This document shows, one piece after another, positions 19,931 through 32,197 of a stretch of 64,000 nucleotides of DNA. Position numbers and translations under genes: made by a program. Position 1 is the stretch's first letter, and each line of letters starts with the position of its first letter. Source of the DNA: Mesotaenium endlicherianum (Eukaryota). The stretch lies in assembly GCA_009602735.1 (NCBI GenBank), contig WELA01001462.1, positions 621,880 through 685,879 of the forward strand, in the 5' to 3' direction. The notes beneath the pieces are model-generated. The model saw nothing but the letters and a program-made list of their open reading frames with translations, did not search any database and was not told the origin of the DNA.

Positions 19931-22900
19931 AAGGACAGGTCCAGTGACGAAAATTTTGGTTGGAGTCCACGAAGTAGGACATTGAAACATGAGGGTTCCA
20001 GAAAGTACGTACAATTACGTAGAGTGCCAAAGTGATTGTGGAATTTCTAGAAACTCCGTGAGGAGTTAGTGGATTGTGTAGTAGAATATTCTAGAGTGTG
20101 ATTGTGTGCGTGTGAGTGTGCTAGCTTGTCCAACTAGGCAAGGTCACCTACATGGAAGAAACCATAGGAGAAGGTTCTGGAGGTACTTTGCTAGAGAGGA
20201 CACTTAGAGTTAAAAGATAAATGGGAAGCACAAGGAAGTAGGGGGGAGCTTATTCTAGTCTAACCTTCGTATCTTGTACACTACGTTTCTTAATAAAGTG
20301 AGTTCTTTTCCACTCCTTGCTCATGTAACTCTCTCTTTCTTGCAAGGGTGGCACACCACCAGGCACTCCATCTTGTATATGCAACTAGAAAAGGTCCTCG
20401 TGCACGCTTCCACTCGCAGGTGAGGGTGCGTGAGTGTGTGTGGGCGCACTCCCCGCACCCTTCCCCCTTTCACATGGTATCGGAGCTACCTAGTTGCTTC
20501 ATTTGGAGGAGGAGCTTTGGTTGGTGATGCTTGTAGGAGTGTAGAGAGAGTATAGAGGAGAAGCAAAGATGACTTATAAGTTGCTAAGGGCAGCCATGAA
20601 GACGTTGATGCAAGCTAGCATCTCACTCTTTTGAAGGAGGGAGAAGATGGGAAGAGGGAGGTGCTCCAAGAAATGTTAACTTGGATGCAACCGGATTTTT
20701 GTACGTCTTCTTTAGAGTATAAAAAGGTTGCCCAAACGTGGTAGTGATATAAGTAATATAGAGCAGTCTTTGCTTGAGTATGGAGACATATGAGCATGAA
20801 GAAAATCTGGAGTTCACACGGCTAAATTTTTCCTTGAAGATGCAAGCTCTTTAGTGTTAAGCTCTTTCTTTGACGAGGGGGCTTAGCATAGAGGTGATAG
20901 TGGCTAGAAAGGAGTGTGTGCCCATCTTTCTCTCCGATCTTCAATGAAGGTGGAGCAAATTTTAAGGGTAGGCAACCGGGGACTTAGCAAGCATGTGTAC
21001 TTGCAAGTCTAGGAGCTTTGGCGAGCATAGCACCCGCAAGCTCAAGAGGAGCTCATGAGAAGCTCAAGAGAGGGTGCACCGGGGTGTTGCACCAAGTTGG
21101 CCAAGTATGTGGCCAGATTTGGGTTGTCTTGCATCACTCCTATGTAACCACTGGTTATTTGAGGCCAGCCACGATGGAGCTTGGTACCTTGTATGGAGAT
21201 TGAAGAAGCCTCAAGTGAAGAGGAGCCGTGGAGAAGGCTTGGAGCAAGAAGAAGTGACGCAGATTTTTCTTCAAAGAGGAGAGATGGAGATGGAGTCTTT
21301 CAAGTTCAGATTTCTCTTTTCTTATGGAGGAGAGTACTACGGAGTATATGGAGTTGAGAACTATGATGAAGACAAGCCTATGGTGTGGAAGAAGAAGCAA
21401 GGTATGAAGTTGGTGCAAGAGGGCTAGTGCAAGAGATGTCTCCCACTTGAAGTGCGTGTGCCAATAGTTGTGTGTTGGCATAGTTAAGGGGCAGATTTTG
21501 GTGCATCTATAGAAGCTCTTCATGTGAAAGTAGAGCACCAAGGCAAGCTGGGTTTAGTAGTAAGAAGTGTCATTGGGGTGACCAAGGCTAGAGTGCACTC
21601 AAGAAGCTAAGCATGTGGAAGGAGTTGCACAAAGAGAGTAGCCTATCCTCAAGTGCTTTAGTGCACGGGTCAAGTGAAGACCAAGGAGGAGTATGGTCAA
21701 GTGAAGATAGTGAAATAGGTGGAGGTAGATAAGACCACAAGTAGCTATCTTCAGCCCGCTAGCAAAGAAGCGACGCGGGAAGGTGAAGGTGAAGGAGAAG
21801 CGCTTGTGTTGGTGACCTTGGCTCGGTCATCGCATGTAGCAAGCGTGCCTCCTAACAACCTTGGCGAGCGCGCATCGCCGGTGGAGCAAGTAGAGGTGTA
21901 TGATCCCCTTGCTCATATATAGAGCAGACCCCAACTGCTCAAGTGGAGGAGCTCCTAGAAAGTGAGCTCAAGAGAAGTCCGCTTGCAAGACAAAGTGTGT
22001 GCGAGCACAAGATGAGATGCAAGCACTAAGACTATGTGCGTTTGCCCAAGTTATGGAGCTCATGGAGGCGTTCCAGATGTGTTTCTTGGAGCCTTGTGTG
22101 AAGGCTGACCTTCAAGAAGAGCCAGGAGTATGTGGGAGTGAGCATCTAGCCAAGAAGAAGACTATGATGGAGTTTGGTGCACCACGATCAAGACTACGCG
22201 CTCATGCCTTGTGAAGATTATTATCATCGCTTGATGGAGACTACGACTTTATGGATGTGGACCTATGAGGAGGAGACCGAGTGTTATGGGGCTGATATGT
22301 CCAGCCAAAGATGGAGATATATGACAAAGACCTGGACATGAAGCTAGGAGAATCAGCGCCTATACAAGCAAGCACAAGAGAGGCGTAAAATCTGGAATTG
22401 GACACCCGAGTGGTAAACGCCTTACCTTCATGGTGAGGGGAGGGGAGTGTTATAGTTGTTCATAGTACTTGTAAGCAAGGTCAAAGCAGTCCCATGACTT
22501 CAATTGTAACTAAGAGATGTGGAGTGGAAAGAAGTTTGAGAGCAAGAGCTTGGAAGGTACTCAAATCTGTCTATGTTTGAGGGTTTTACGGGTAGGCGAG
22601 CGCGAGTGTAAAAGTTGGCAGATTTTGGCTACTTTTTGCCTACTTAGGAGAGAGTAGGTAATATTTTGTCTAGAAGTCCTACATGATGTGAAAGGCCTAG
22701 TATGAGGTCTGCCCTGTATCATAGACAAGTTTCAGAATCAGGGGTTTAAGCATGTGCCATTTGTAGGCGCAGGAGCTTGATATGTGTTGCGCGCGTGTGC
22801 GTCCTACGAGCGTGAGGCACAAAGTGACGATCTCGTTTGAGTGTTAGACTTTGATTCAGACTCTGAAATTTTGTGGAGAGGTAGTCCTATGGGTTCAGAT

Positions 22901-24431
22901 TTAACAAAAGTATTTTTTTAAATAAAAATATTAATTTAAGTCCTGACAGTGTCACATGGTGGTCTGCTGGACTGCCGTGCGAGCCACATGTGTGAGGCAA
23001 GGCGCAATCTAGTATCATGGTCTTAGGCTTGGAATCAGGAAAAACAAAGCATACCAGTGAGTTCAAAGGGGAGATATTATTTAGATTACACAACTTTCAG
23101 GCTAAAAATGTCAGAAAAAGTTAGGGGGGTCCCACTTGGCGTCTTGAGAGGTCACCACGAGTCACGCACACGAGTGAGAGAGTGCAATACCTCTACAAGG
23201 AGTATGGCTTAGAGCTAGAGGTAGCTAAGGGTACCAGAAGGTTCGGTAACATAGTGGAGTCAGGTACATGATGTAATTTGGTCAAAATTATAAGAGCACC
23301 ACGAGTAAGCCACATGGCGCGACGAGGAGCTGCCACTTGTCCAAGAGGGCGAAGAATGAGTATTTTGGTGATTTGGCGGACTATTATGCATTGGATCCAG
23401 CTTTGGAGTATGTGGAGATGATGGAGGGAGTATATTACAACATATACGAAGATATTGGCCTACTACGAGACGAAGGAGTTGAAGAGAAGATGCACTTGTG
23501 TTAGGACACGCCATGTGTGGAGCCAACGTATGCGATGGAGCTTTTACTGTGTGAAGTAATTTGGAGTATAAAGCACCATCCTGAAGCCTGTTCAGGACCT
23601 GCAACTTGTATAATATCTGTATACATGTGTTTGTCTAGCATATATGTGAACTCGATTCCTCATACGACGTCACTTATGCTTAGTATGCGCCGAGGACGTC
23701 GCATCTTGTGGAGAAGAATGATGTAAGGTTATGAAAGTGTAGTTTGTTTCTTTCTAGTACTTTATATGCATAGAGTGTGATTTTAGAAGAAATTTGGCCT
23801 TTATTTCAAGTCATTTGGACAAGTATTGAGATGGTTATGAATTTTGGAAGTTTTTAGTGAGTTTTTAATGTCACAGATTCTATTTAGTGACAAGGACAGG
23901 TCCAGGGACGACAATTTCGGGTGGAGTCCAGGAAGTAGGAAATTGAAACATGAGGGTTCCAGAAAGTACGTACAATTACGTAGAGTGCCAAAGTGATCGT
24001 GGAATTTCTAGAAACTCCGTGAGGAGTTAGTGGATTGTGTAGTAGAATATTCCAGAGTGTGATTGTGTGCGTGTGAGTGTGCTAGCTTGTCCAACTAGGC
24101 AAGGTCACCTACATGGAAGAAGCCATAGGAGAAGGTTCTGGAGGTACTTTGCTAGAGAGGACACTTAAAGTTAAAAGATAAATGGAAACAAGGAAGTAGG
24201 GGGGAGCTTATTCTAGTCTAACCTTCGTATCTTGTACACTACGTTTCTTAATAAGGTGAGTTTTTTTCCACTCCTCGCTCATGTATTTCTCTCTCTCTTG
24301 CAAGGGTGGCACACCACCAGGCCACTCCACCTTGTGTATGCAACTAGGAAAGGTCCTCGTGCACGCTTCCACTCGCGGGTGAGGGTGCGTGAGTGTGTGT
24401 GGGCGCACTCCCCGCACCTTTCCCCCTTTCA
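19931..24431 (+). mobile_element. Family D non-autonomous LTR retroelement (LARD-like)
   Basis: 5'-truncated LTR ~19931-20472, PBS TGGTATCGGAGC 20475-20486, ~3.2-kb interior without recognisable gag/pol, PPT-like GGAGAAGAATGA, full LTR 23722-24431 (TGTAAGG...CTTTCA). Confidence 0.8.
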
Positions 24432-26242
24432 TTCTTGATGGTGATCTTGTGCAGGACGCGATAGTCCACACACATCCTCAAGGTACCATCCTTCTTCTTG
24501 ACATATAGCACCGGGGCTCCAAATGGCGACTTGCTAGGTCGAATGAAGCCATGCCCCAGTAGCTCCTTGATTTGCTCCTTGACTTCGTGTATGACATTTT
24601 GAACGTAGGCCGAGAGATGGCTTGCTTCCGGACTCCAACTCTATCTTGTGGTCTTGGGGGGTAAGCCCTTGGGCAATTCCAGGGAGAATAATTCTTTGTA
24701 GTCCTCTAAGACTTCTTGTATCTCCTTGGGAACGGGACTGCCTTCTTGACTCTCGATGTCTTTCTTGATGTCTTTTGGCGTGATCAAGGCCAAAAGAAGC
24801 TCGTGTCCCTTCCTCACAAGTCTCTTGAGTGGGAGGGCGGACAATAGTAACTCGTGTGCTGGCTTCTTGATGTCTTGGGTCTGAATATTTTGGATTGCGC
24901 GCAAAATACAGACTATTGAAGTAATGTCATTCTTGATCTTGATAGTACCGTCCCTCCAATCAACTTGGGGTGTAGTGAAACAGATAGATAAAGTACTTAG
25001 TATAACAGAATACTTTATCTATTCAAGACAAGGATCTTTGAACACAAGTGGTAGCTTCTTGAAAGAGAGATGGCTTCTTGAAAGTTAATATATTTCTGGA
25101 TTTTGGCAAGTACAAGAGTGATTCTGGAATGTCTTTCTATGTTCTAGCTCTTGTTTATATACTTGCTACATAAGTAATTTCTAGGAAGGTGTATGTTGAT
25201 GTGTTGGCACCCAACACATCCCAAAACTTGCCACCTCTTTCTAGAATAATGTACACATGTCCTTTTGACCTAAAAATGGCACATCTGACTTTTGCCACAT
25301 GGAGTTCTTCTAGGTCTTTCCTCTAACTTCGAAAATGCCTTGGAAGGTTCAAAGGACATGAACCAAGTTACTAGAGTACCTATTCACACTTGACTCCACA
25401 CAATACTACTCCAAATATATTTGAAAACATTAAAATATATGCAAACTAATATATAATAACTCAAATCACTACATCACCCCCCCGATAGAAAAAGCGACGT
25501 CTCGGCGCGTCAAGTCAGGTCTTACACATGTGGAGCAAACTAGTCAACAGTTTCAAGTCAGATGCCACACATGTGAAGAGGACTAGTCAAAGGCGCCAAG
25601 TCAGGTGCTACACATGTAAGGTAGACTAGGCAAGGTCGTAGGTGGTGTGACCTTATTGGCTAGCCTACTCCTTAATGATAAAGAAAATTGTACAAGTTGG
25701 CCCAGAATCTGCCACGAACTCAAAAATTCATAGCGGCCACAGAACTGCTCCAAATCTGAAAATTCGAGTGCCAGACGGACCGCGTCGGAGAACTCTACCG
25801 GGTCACCAAATTTGAGAGCATTCTCATTTCTGGAGTGTCGTTGAGAGCTGAGAGAGTAGGCACTCCTCCAAATCTGTGCAGAAACTTCTGAAAATCATAA
25901 GTCCTTCTATACTTCTCCAAATTCTGCAAACTAAGTCTCAAACTGGGCGCTGTAAGATGTTCTACCAGAGTCTTGAGTTTCAGAGCATTCCAAGTTCAGG
26001 GGAAGGCACAATGTCAGAAGGCATATTCTGTCCTAACAATGCCAGCAGCCTGACCCCCTTCTACTTAGAGCATCATATCTCTCTCACCAGTGCTCCAAAT
26101 TGAGCAAACTTGGACTCTAAATGACCGGCTACTCATGGACTACAGCCAGGTAAATTTTCAGAATTTATTATGCAGAGACCTATTACCAGTAGCAGTTTTA
26201 GTTTTCTGTCCAGAAACTGCGAGAAGAGAAGAGTGTCTAATG

Positions 26243-29200
26243 TCAATTTTTCCTCTTTCTTGTTCTTGCAGGCTGCCTCCAAGGGGTCTTCTGCTGCTTC
26301 TTGATGGTGGCAGGCTGCCTCCCTGAAGTCTTCGGGCTTCTAGTAGAGAGACTTGGGGCTGGTCCAAGATGGGGGTTGGCGGCATGGAAGCGCTTCAACT
26401 TTCTCTGAACTTTGTCAAGGTAGTGCGCCGCCACCCAACTATTCTCCGAATCTGGATATCCTTTCCACTTGATCAAGTATTGCTGCTGTCTCCTGAAATT
26501 TCTCATAGCCACTATGTCTTCCACTTCGTACTCCAAATGATCATCCACTATTGTTGGGGCTGGTGGGGTTGTCACACGTCCTGGGAACTTGTTGTCGGGT
26601 TGCACATATGGCTTGAAGAGGGAAGCGTGGAATACGGGGTCGATGTGCATAGTCTGGGGAAGTTCTAGCTTGAAAGCAACGGGGTTGACTTGCTGGATAA
26701 TCTTGAAGGGTCCCAAATACTTGGGAGAGAACTTGCTGCCGGCAGGCCTGTTGTTCAGGGAAATATTCTTGGATGATAGTAACACGTTGTCACCCACTCT
26801 GTACGTAATTTCTCTTCTGGATCTGTTCGCCACTCTTGCTTGAGCATCTTGCGCGTGTTGTAGAGCTTTCTTCGCTGCTGTAAGGGCTGCTTCTAATATT
26901 TCCATAAAATCTGTGGCTGCAGGTACTTCATCAAGGCCAGCCGTGAAGCTCAGTGGCGTGGTCGGATGGAAGCCATAGTTGAGGAAGAATGGGGACTCTT
27001 GGGTAGAGGCCTGCGTAGTGTTGTTGTAGGCAAACTCGAGGGGGGTCAAGTACATGTCCCAGTCTTGCTCGAGGGTAGACACGTAGGCCTTTAGAGAGGT
27101 CTTTAGGGTACGATTCATACGCTCGGTTTGCCCATCTGATTGTGGGTGGTAGGCAGTAGACATATCCAGCGATGTACCCAAGTTCTTGAAGAGATTTTTC
27201 CAGAAATGGCTTGTGAATCTTGGATCTCTATCTGACACAATTCTTGATGGTAGTCCATGGAGTCGGAAGATGTTGTCAAAGATGAGTCTTGCAAGTTGTG
27301 GTGCTGTAGCCTTAGTCGTCGTGGGAATAAAATGAGCCATCTTGGTAAGTCTGTCCACCGCCGTGAGTATTGCATTATGGCCTCGAGGTGTCACGGGCAA
27401 GTCCACGATAAGGTCCATTGAGATGTCCGTCCATTGTCTTTCGGGAGACAATTGGTAGTGGTTGGAGGAGTCCTCCCGCCTTTTGCGATGATGGCTTGAT
27501 TCTTTGGCATGTGTCACAGCTCCTGCAGTACTCCTTGACTTGCTTAGACATGCCTGGCCAACAATAAGTCCTAGCTAGAACGTCCGTGGTCCTTAGGATT
27601 CCAAAGTGTCCTCCAAGAGGGTTGTCGTGTGCTTCTCGTAGAAGCAAGAGCCGGAGGTCTATGTCATTAGGAACACATCTCTGGCCCGTATCTTGCCTCA
27701 CCCAATAATTGCCTTCTTGCTTCTTGCATGGGTCCAAGGCTGCTTCTCCGTTCTTGTAGTAAGGGTCTCTTTCATAGGCGGCTGAAAATCGAGCTTCCAG
27801 ATCTGTCTTCAGGGATACCATCACTGCATTTAATTGCAGTCTTGAGAGGGGGTCAGCCGGGTTTGTCTTGCCGGGCTGGTACTGAATCGTGATGTTGTAT
27901 TGTTGCAAGTATCCGCTCCATCTTGCTTGTCTCCTTGAGAGATACGGCTGCGTTTGGAGGTGCTTTAACGCCTCGTGGTCCGTGGTGACCAGTACTTTGC
28001 GTCCTTCAACGTAGCAGCGCCAAACCTTCAAGGCATGTACAATCGCCAATGCCTCTCGCTCCGTGGTTGTATAATTTTGCTCGGCTGGATTTAGCTTCCT
28101 TGACTCGTAGGCGATGGGCTGCAGTCCCTTGCCTTGGTCTTGAAGCAGGATTGCTCCTATTGCATAGGAAGATGCATCGGTGATGACGTGGAAGGGCCAA
28201 TCTGGGTTTGGACTTGGGAGTGTGAGCACCGGGGATGTGGTCAATCTTCGCTTTAACTCTTGAAATGCCTCTTCCTCTTTCTCGGTCCATGTATATAGCC
28301 TGTCCTTCTTGAGTAGATCTGTCAGGGGGGCTGCTATGTGCGAGAAGCCTTGGATGAATTTTCTGTACCAATTGGCAAATCCCAAGAATGACTGGAGTTC
28401 TTTCTTGGTCGTGGGGGTTGGCCATTCCTCCACCACCGTGGTCTTCTTGGGGTCCATCTTGATGCCATCAGCAGTCACGTGGAGACCTAGGAACTCCACT
28501 TCTTGTTTGGCAAACTCGCACTTTGACTCCTTCGCAAATAGCTTGTTTTGCTTCAATACTTCAAGGACTTCTTTCAAGTGTCTCGCATGCTCTTCAAGGG
28601 TCTTGCTGTAGATAAGGATGTCATCGATGAATACCACCACAAATCTGTCCAACATGGGCTGAAATATGGTGTTCATCATAGTCATGAAAGTTGCTGGCGC
28701 GTTGGTGAGTCCAAATGGCAGGACCATGAACTCAAAATGTCCATATCTTGTCCTGAATGCCGTCTTCTCTATGTCCGGTTCTGCGATGCGAATCTGGTGG
28801 TAGCCGCTCCGTAAGTCAATCTTCGTGAAGTACTTGGCTCCAACCAGCCGGTCCATGAGCTCATCCATGCGCGGCAGCGGGTATCGATTCTTGATGGTGA
28901 TCTTGTTGAGGGCGCGATAGTCCACACACATCCTCAAGGTACCATCTTTCTTCTTGACAAATAGCACCGGGGCTCCAAATGGCGACTTGCTAGGTCGAAT
29001 GAAGCCATGCTCCAGTAGCTCCTTGATTTGCTTCTTGACTTCGTCTAGCTCCGTGTATGACATTTTGAACGTAGGCCGAGAGATGGGCTTGCTTCCGGGC
29101 TCCAACTCTATCTTGTGGTCTACGAATCTTTTGGGGGGTAGGCCCTTGGGCAATTCCGGGGAGAACACTTCTTTGTAGTCCTCAAAGACTTCTTGTATCT

Positions 29201-29395
29201 CCTTGGGAACGGGGCTGCCTTCTTGACTCTCGATGTCTTTCTTGATGTCTTTTGGCGTGATCAAGGCCAAAAGAAGCTCGTGTCCCTTCCTCGTCCAAAT
29301 GTCGACTTGGAGGGCGGACAATAGTATCTCGTGTGCCGGCTTCTGGATGTCTTGGGTCTGGATATTCTGGATTGCGCGCAAAATACAGATTCTTG
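26243..29395 (-). pseudogene. pol: B3 pol (RT, RNaseH, integrase, chromodomain) with a frameshift near 27450
   Basis: [18 protein letters not shown] and HHCC in one frame; WTDISMD/SDRD/GQTER, GPF and YEVEDIV...YLIKWKGY...SW in another. Confidence 0.9.
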
Positions 29396-30238
29396 NNNNN
29401 NNNNNNNNNNNNNNNNNNNNNNNNNNNNNNNNNNNNNNNNNNNNNNNNNNNNNNNNNNNNNNNNNNNNNNNNNNNNNNNNNNNNNNNNNNNNNNNNNNNN
29501 NNNNNNNNNNNNNNNNNNNNNNNNNNNNNNNNNNNNNNNNNNNNNNNNNNNNNNNNNNNNNNNNNNNNNNNNNNNNNNNNNNNNNNNNNNNNNNNNNNNN
29601 NNNNNNNNNNNNNNNNNNNNNNNNNNNNNNNNNNNNNNNNNNNNNNNNNNNNNNNNNNNNNNNNNNNNNNNNNNNNNNNNNNNNNNNNNNNNNNNNNNNN
29701 NNNNNNNNNNNNNNNNNNNNNNNNNNNNNNNNNNNNNNNNNNNNNNNNNNNNNNNNNNNNNNNNNNNNNNNNNNNNNNNNNNNNNNNNNNNNNNNNNNNN
29801 NNNNNNNNNNNNNNNNNNNNNNNNNNNNNNNNNNNNNNNNNNNNNNNNNNNNNNNNNNNNNNNNNNNNNNNNNNNNNNNNNNNNNNNNNNNNNNNNNNNN
29901 NNNNNNNNNNNNNNNNNNNNNNNNNNNNNNNNNNNNNNNNNNNNNNNNNNNNNNNNNNNNNNNNNNNNNNNNNNNNNNNNNNNNNNNNNNNNNNNNNNNN
30001 NNNNNNNNNNNNNNNNNNNNNNNNNNNNNNNNNNNNNNNNNNNNNNNNNNNNNNNNNNNNNNNNNNNNNNNNNNNNNNNNNNNNNNNNNNNNNNNNNNNN
30101 NNNNNNNNNNNNNNNNNNNNNNNNNNNNNNNNNNNNNNNNNNNNNNNNNNNNNNNNNNNNNNNNNNNNNNNNNNNNNNNNNNNNNNNNNNNNNNNNNNNN
30201 NNNNNNNNNNNNNNNNNNNNNNNNNNNNNNNNNNNNNN

Positions 30239-30915
30239 GATGGTGGGGGCTCTTGGCCGATGCATGGGGTGCGCCAAGCTTGATATATAGCCGCTTGATA
30301 GTTACGCCACCATGATGTTGCTGCTCCTCTAAGTAAGGTAACGGCAAAGGGAACGTAGTCCTCCTCGGGTACTTCAAGGAATGCGAGGTACGTCTCCACT
30401 TGGTAGAGCCATAAATTCAGGTTGGCACCTTTCCCGGGGTTGAAAGTGTCGGGTTTGCCGGGCTTGATGAGTTTCCTTGCTCTCGTTGGCTCTTGTGGAG
30501 GCGCTTGAGCCGGGGCTGGATTTTGAGCATTGCTCGCAATAGGGGCAACCATGGCAGCCATAGCTTCTCTTGACGCTTGCACGGTTGCTTCATAGGTGGC
30601 CAAGCCCACTTGGTTGTGGACGGTCATTAGGAAGGCTGCCCACTCATTTGCGGGAACTCCTTGTGGTGGGGTCAACTTTGCTATAGCGGCTGCCACGGGA
30701 TTTGACGGTGCTCCTCCTTGTGGTGCTTCTTGTTGTTGGAGATTTCCTTGAGTAGGCTCTCCCATCGACGCTGGAGGAGGGTGTGCTCCTCCTTGTGGTG
30801 CTTCTTGTTGTTGCAGATTTTCTTGAGTGGGCTCTCCCATCGGCGCTGGAGGAGGGTGTCTTGGAGAGGAAGGGCTTCCTTCGAAAGCTTGCTGTTGGTC
30901 TTGAGGATCGGCCAT
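30239..30915 (-). CDS. gag: B3 gag N-terminal part (rest in gap)
   Basis: MADPQDQQQ...KPDTFNP...LLRGAATSWW retrotransposon gag motifs just after the PBS. Confidence 0.85.
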
Positions 30916-32197
30916 CTTCTTGTGCTACCAAAGTGCCTAGCTCCGATACCACTGTAGTGAAACAGATAGATAAAGTACTTAGTAAAACAGAATACTTTAT
31001 CTATTCAAGACAAGGATCTTTGAACACAAGTGGTAGCTTCTTGAAAGAGAGATGGCTTCTTGAAAGTTAATATATTTCTGGATTTTGGCAAGTACAAGAG
31101 TGATTCTGGAATGTCTTTCTATGTTCTAGCTCTTGTTTATATACTTGCTACATAAGTAATTTCTAGGAAGGTGTATGTTGATGTGTTGGCACCCAACACA
31201 TCCCAAAACTTGCCACCTCTTTCTAGAATAATGTACACATGTCCTTTTGACCTAAAAATGGCACATCTGACTTTTGCCACATGGAGTTCTTCTAGGTCTT
31301 TCCTCTAACTTCGAAAATGCCTTGGAAGGTTCAAAGGACATGAACCAAGTTACTAGAGTACCTATTCACACTTGACTCCACACAATACTACTCCAAATAT
31401 ATTTGAAAACATTAAAATATATGCATACTAATATATAATAGCTCAAATCACTACATGGGGGTTGTGCTTGGTCAACCAAGGCGTCCCTAGGATGACGTCG
31501 TACTTGCCCAATTGCATGGGGAGAACACTACTCTATGCTTGAATGACTTCATAGAGAGTGACAAGGGGTACGTCTTCTTTGAAGGGGTAGTATAGGAGAA
31601 TCCATCGGGCATCATAATTTCGTCGTCGTGGTCAAGAGTTCGCATAGTAATTCCGTACTTGGTGGCAAAATCTGCAGCAATGAAGTTGCCTTGAGCTCCG
31701 CTATCCACCAAGATGTGGACCTTCTTTCCTCCAAGGTAACCTCTCAAACTCATTGGGGCTGGAACGTCGTCTTCAACGGGGGTCTCCACCTCACTTGGCA
31801 TGTTGCCTTCTCGTGAAGTGGGTCTTGGGGTGGTAGGCTCCTGGCCTACCGGCGCTGTCCGTTTTTTGACAACTTTTTGGGGCATGAAAGTGCACGATGT
31901 CCCTTTTCCTTGCAATAGAAGCATAGTCCAGCCGTCATGAGAGCTTCTTTTTCAGTCCGGGAAAGTCTTGCTTTCACTCCTTGCTGGTTTCTTGCATCAT
32001 AAGTTTCATTGGAGGGTCTTCCACTCTTCCGGGCAGCCGCGGGGTCCCTTTTAATAACTCCGATTTCCATCGGTGTGGGTCCAGATTCGGATGTGGAAGG
32101 GGCTGCGTACACCCGCGTCGCCGGTACCCGTGAAGATGAAGGCACGGAGTGCTTGAAATCCAAGGTATCCACCTTTTGGGCCACTTCAATGATGTTT

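Larger units (their letters stand above)
24971..31455 (-). mobile_element. Family B copy B3, full-length young chromovirus
   Basis: 503-bp LTRs at 24971-25473 and 30953-31455 (TGTAGTGA...TCACTACA, about three differences). TSD TGGGG, PBS 30940-30951, PPT ~25474-25484. N gap at 29396-30238. Confidence 0.94.

Noticed and set aside
20500..23700. Short ORFs inside element D
   Set aside because: No gag/pol motifs; purine-rich non-coding or heavily decayed sequence.
25511..25632. CRISPR-like repeat/spacer appearance
   Set aside because: Only three degenerate units in a retrotransposon UTR, eukaryotic context, no cas genes.
29182..30915. Long ORFs spanning X runs (also 57181-58242)
   Set aside because: Artefacts of translating N gaps.
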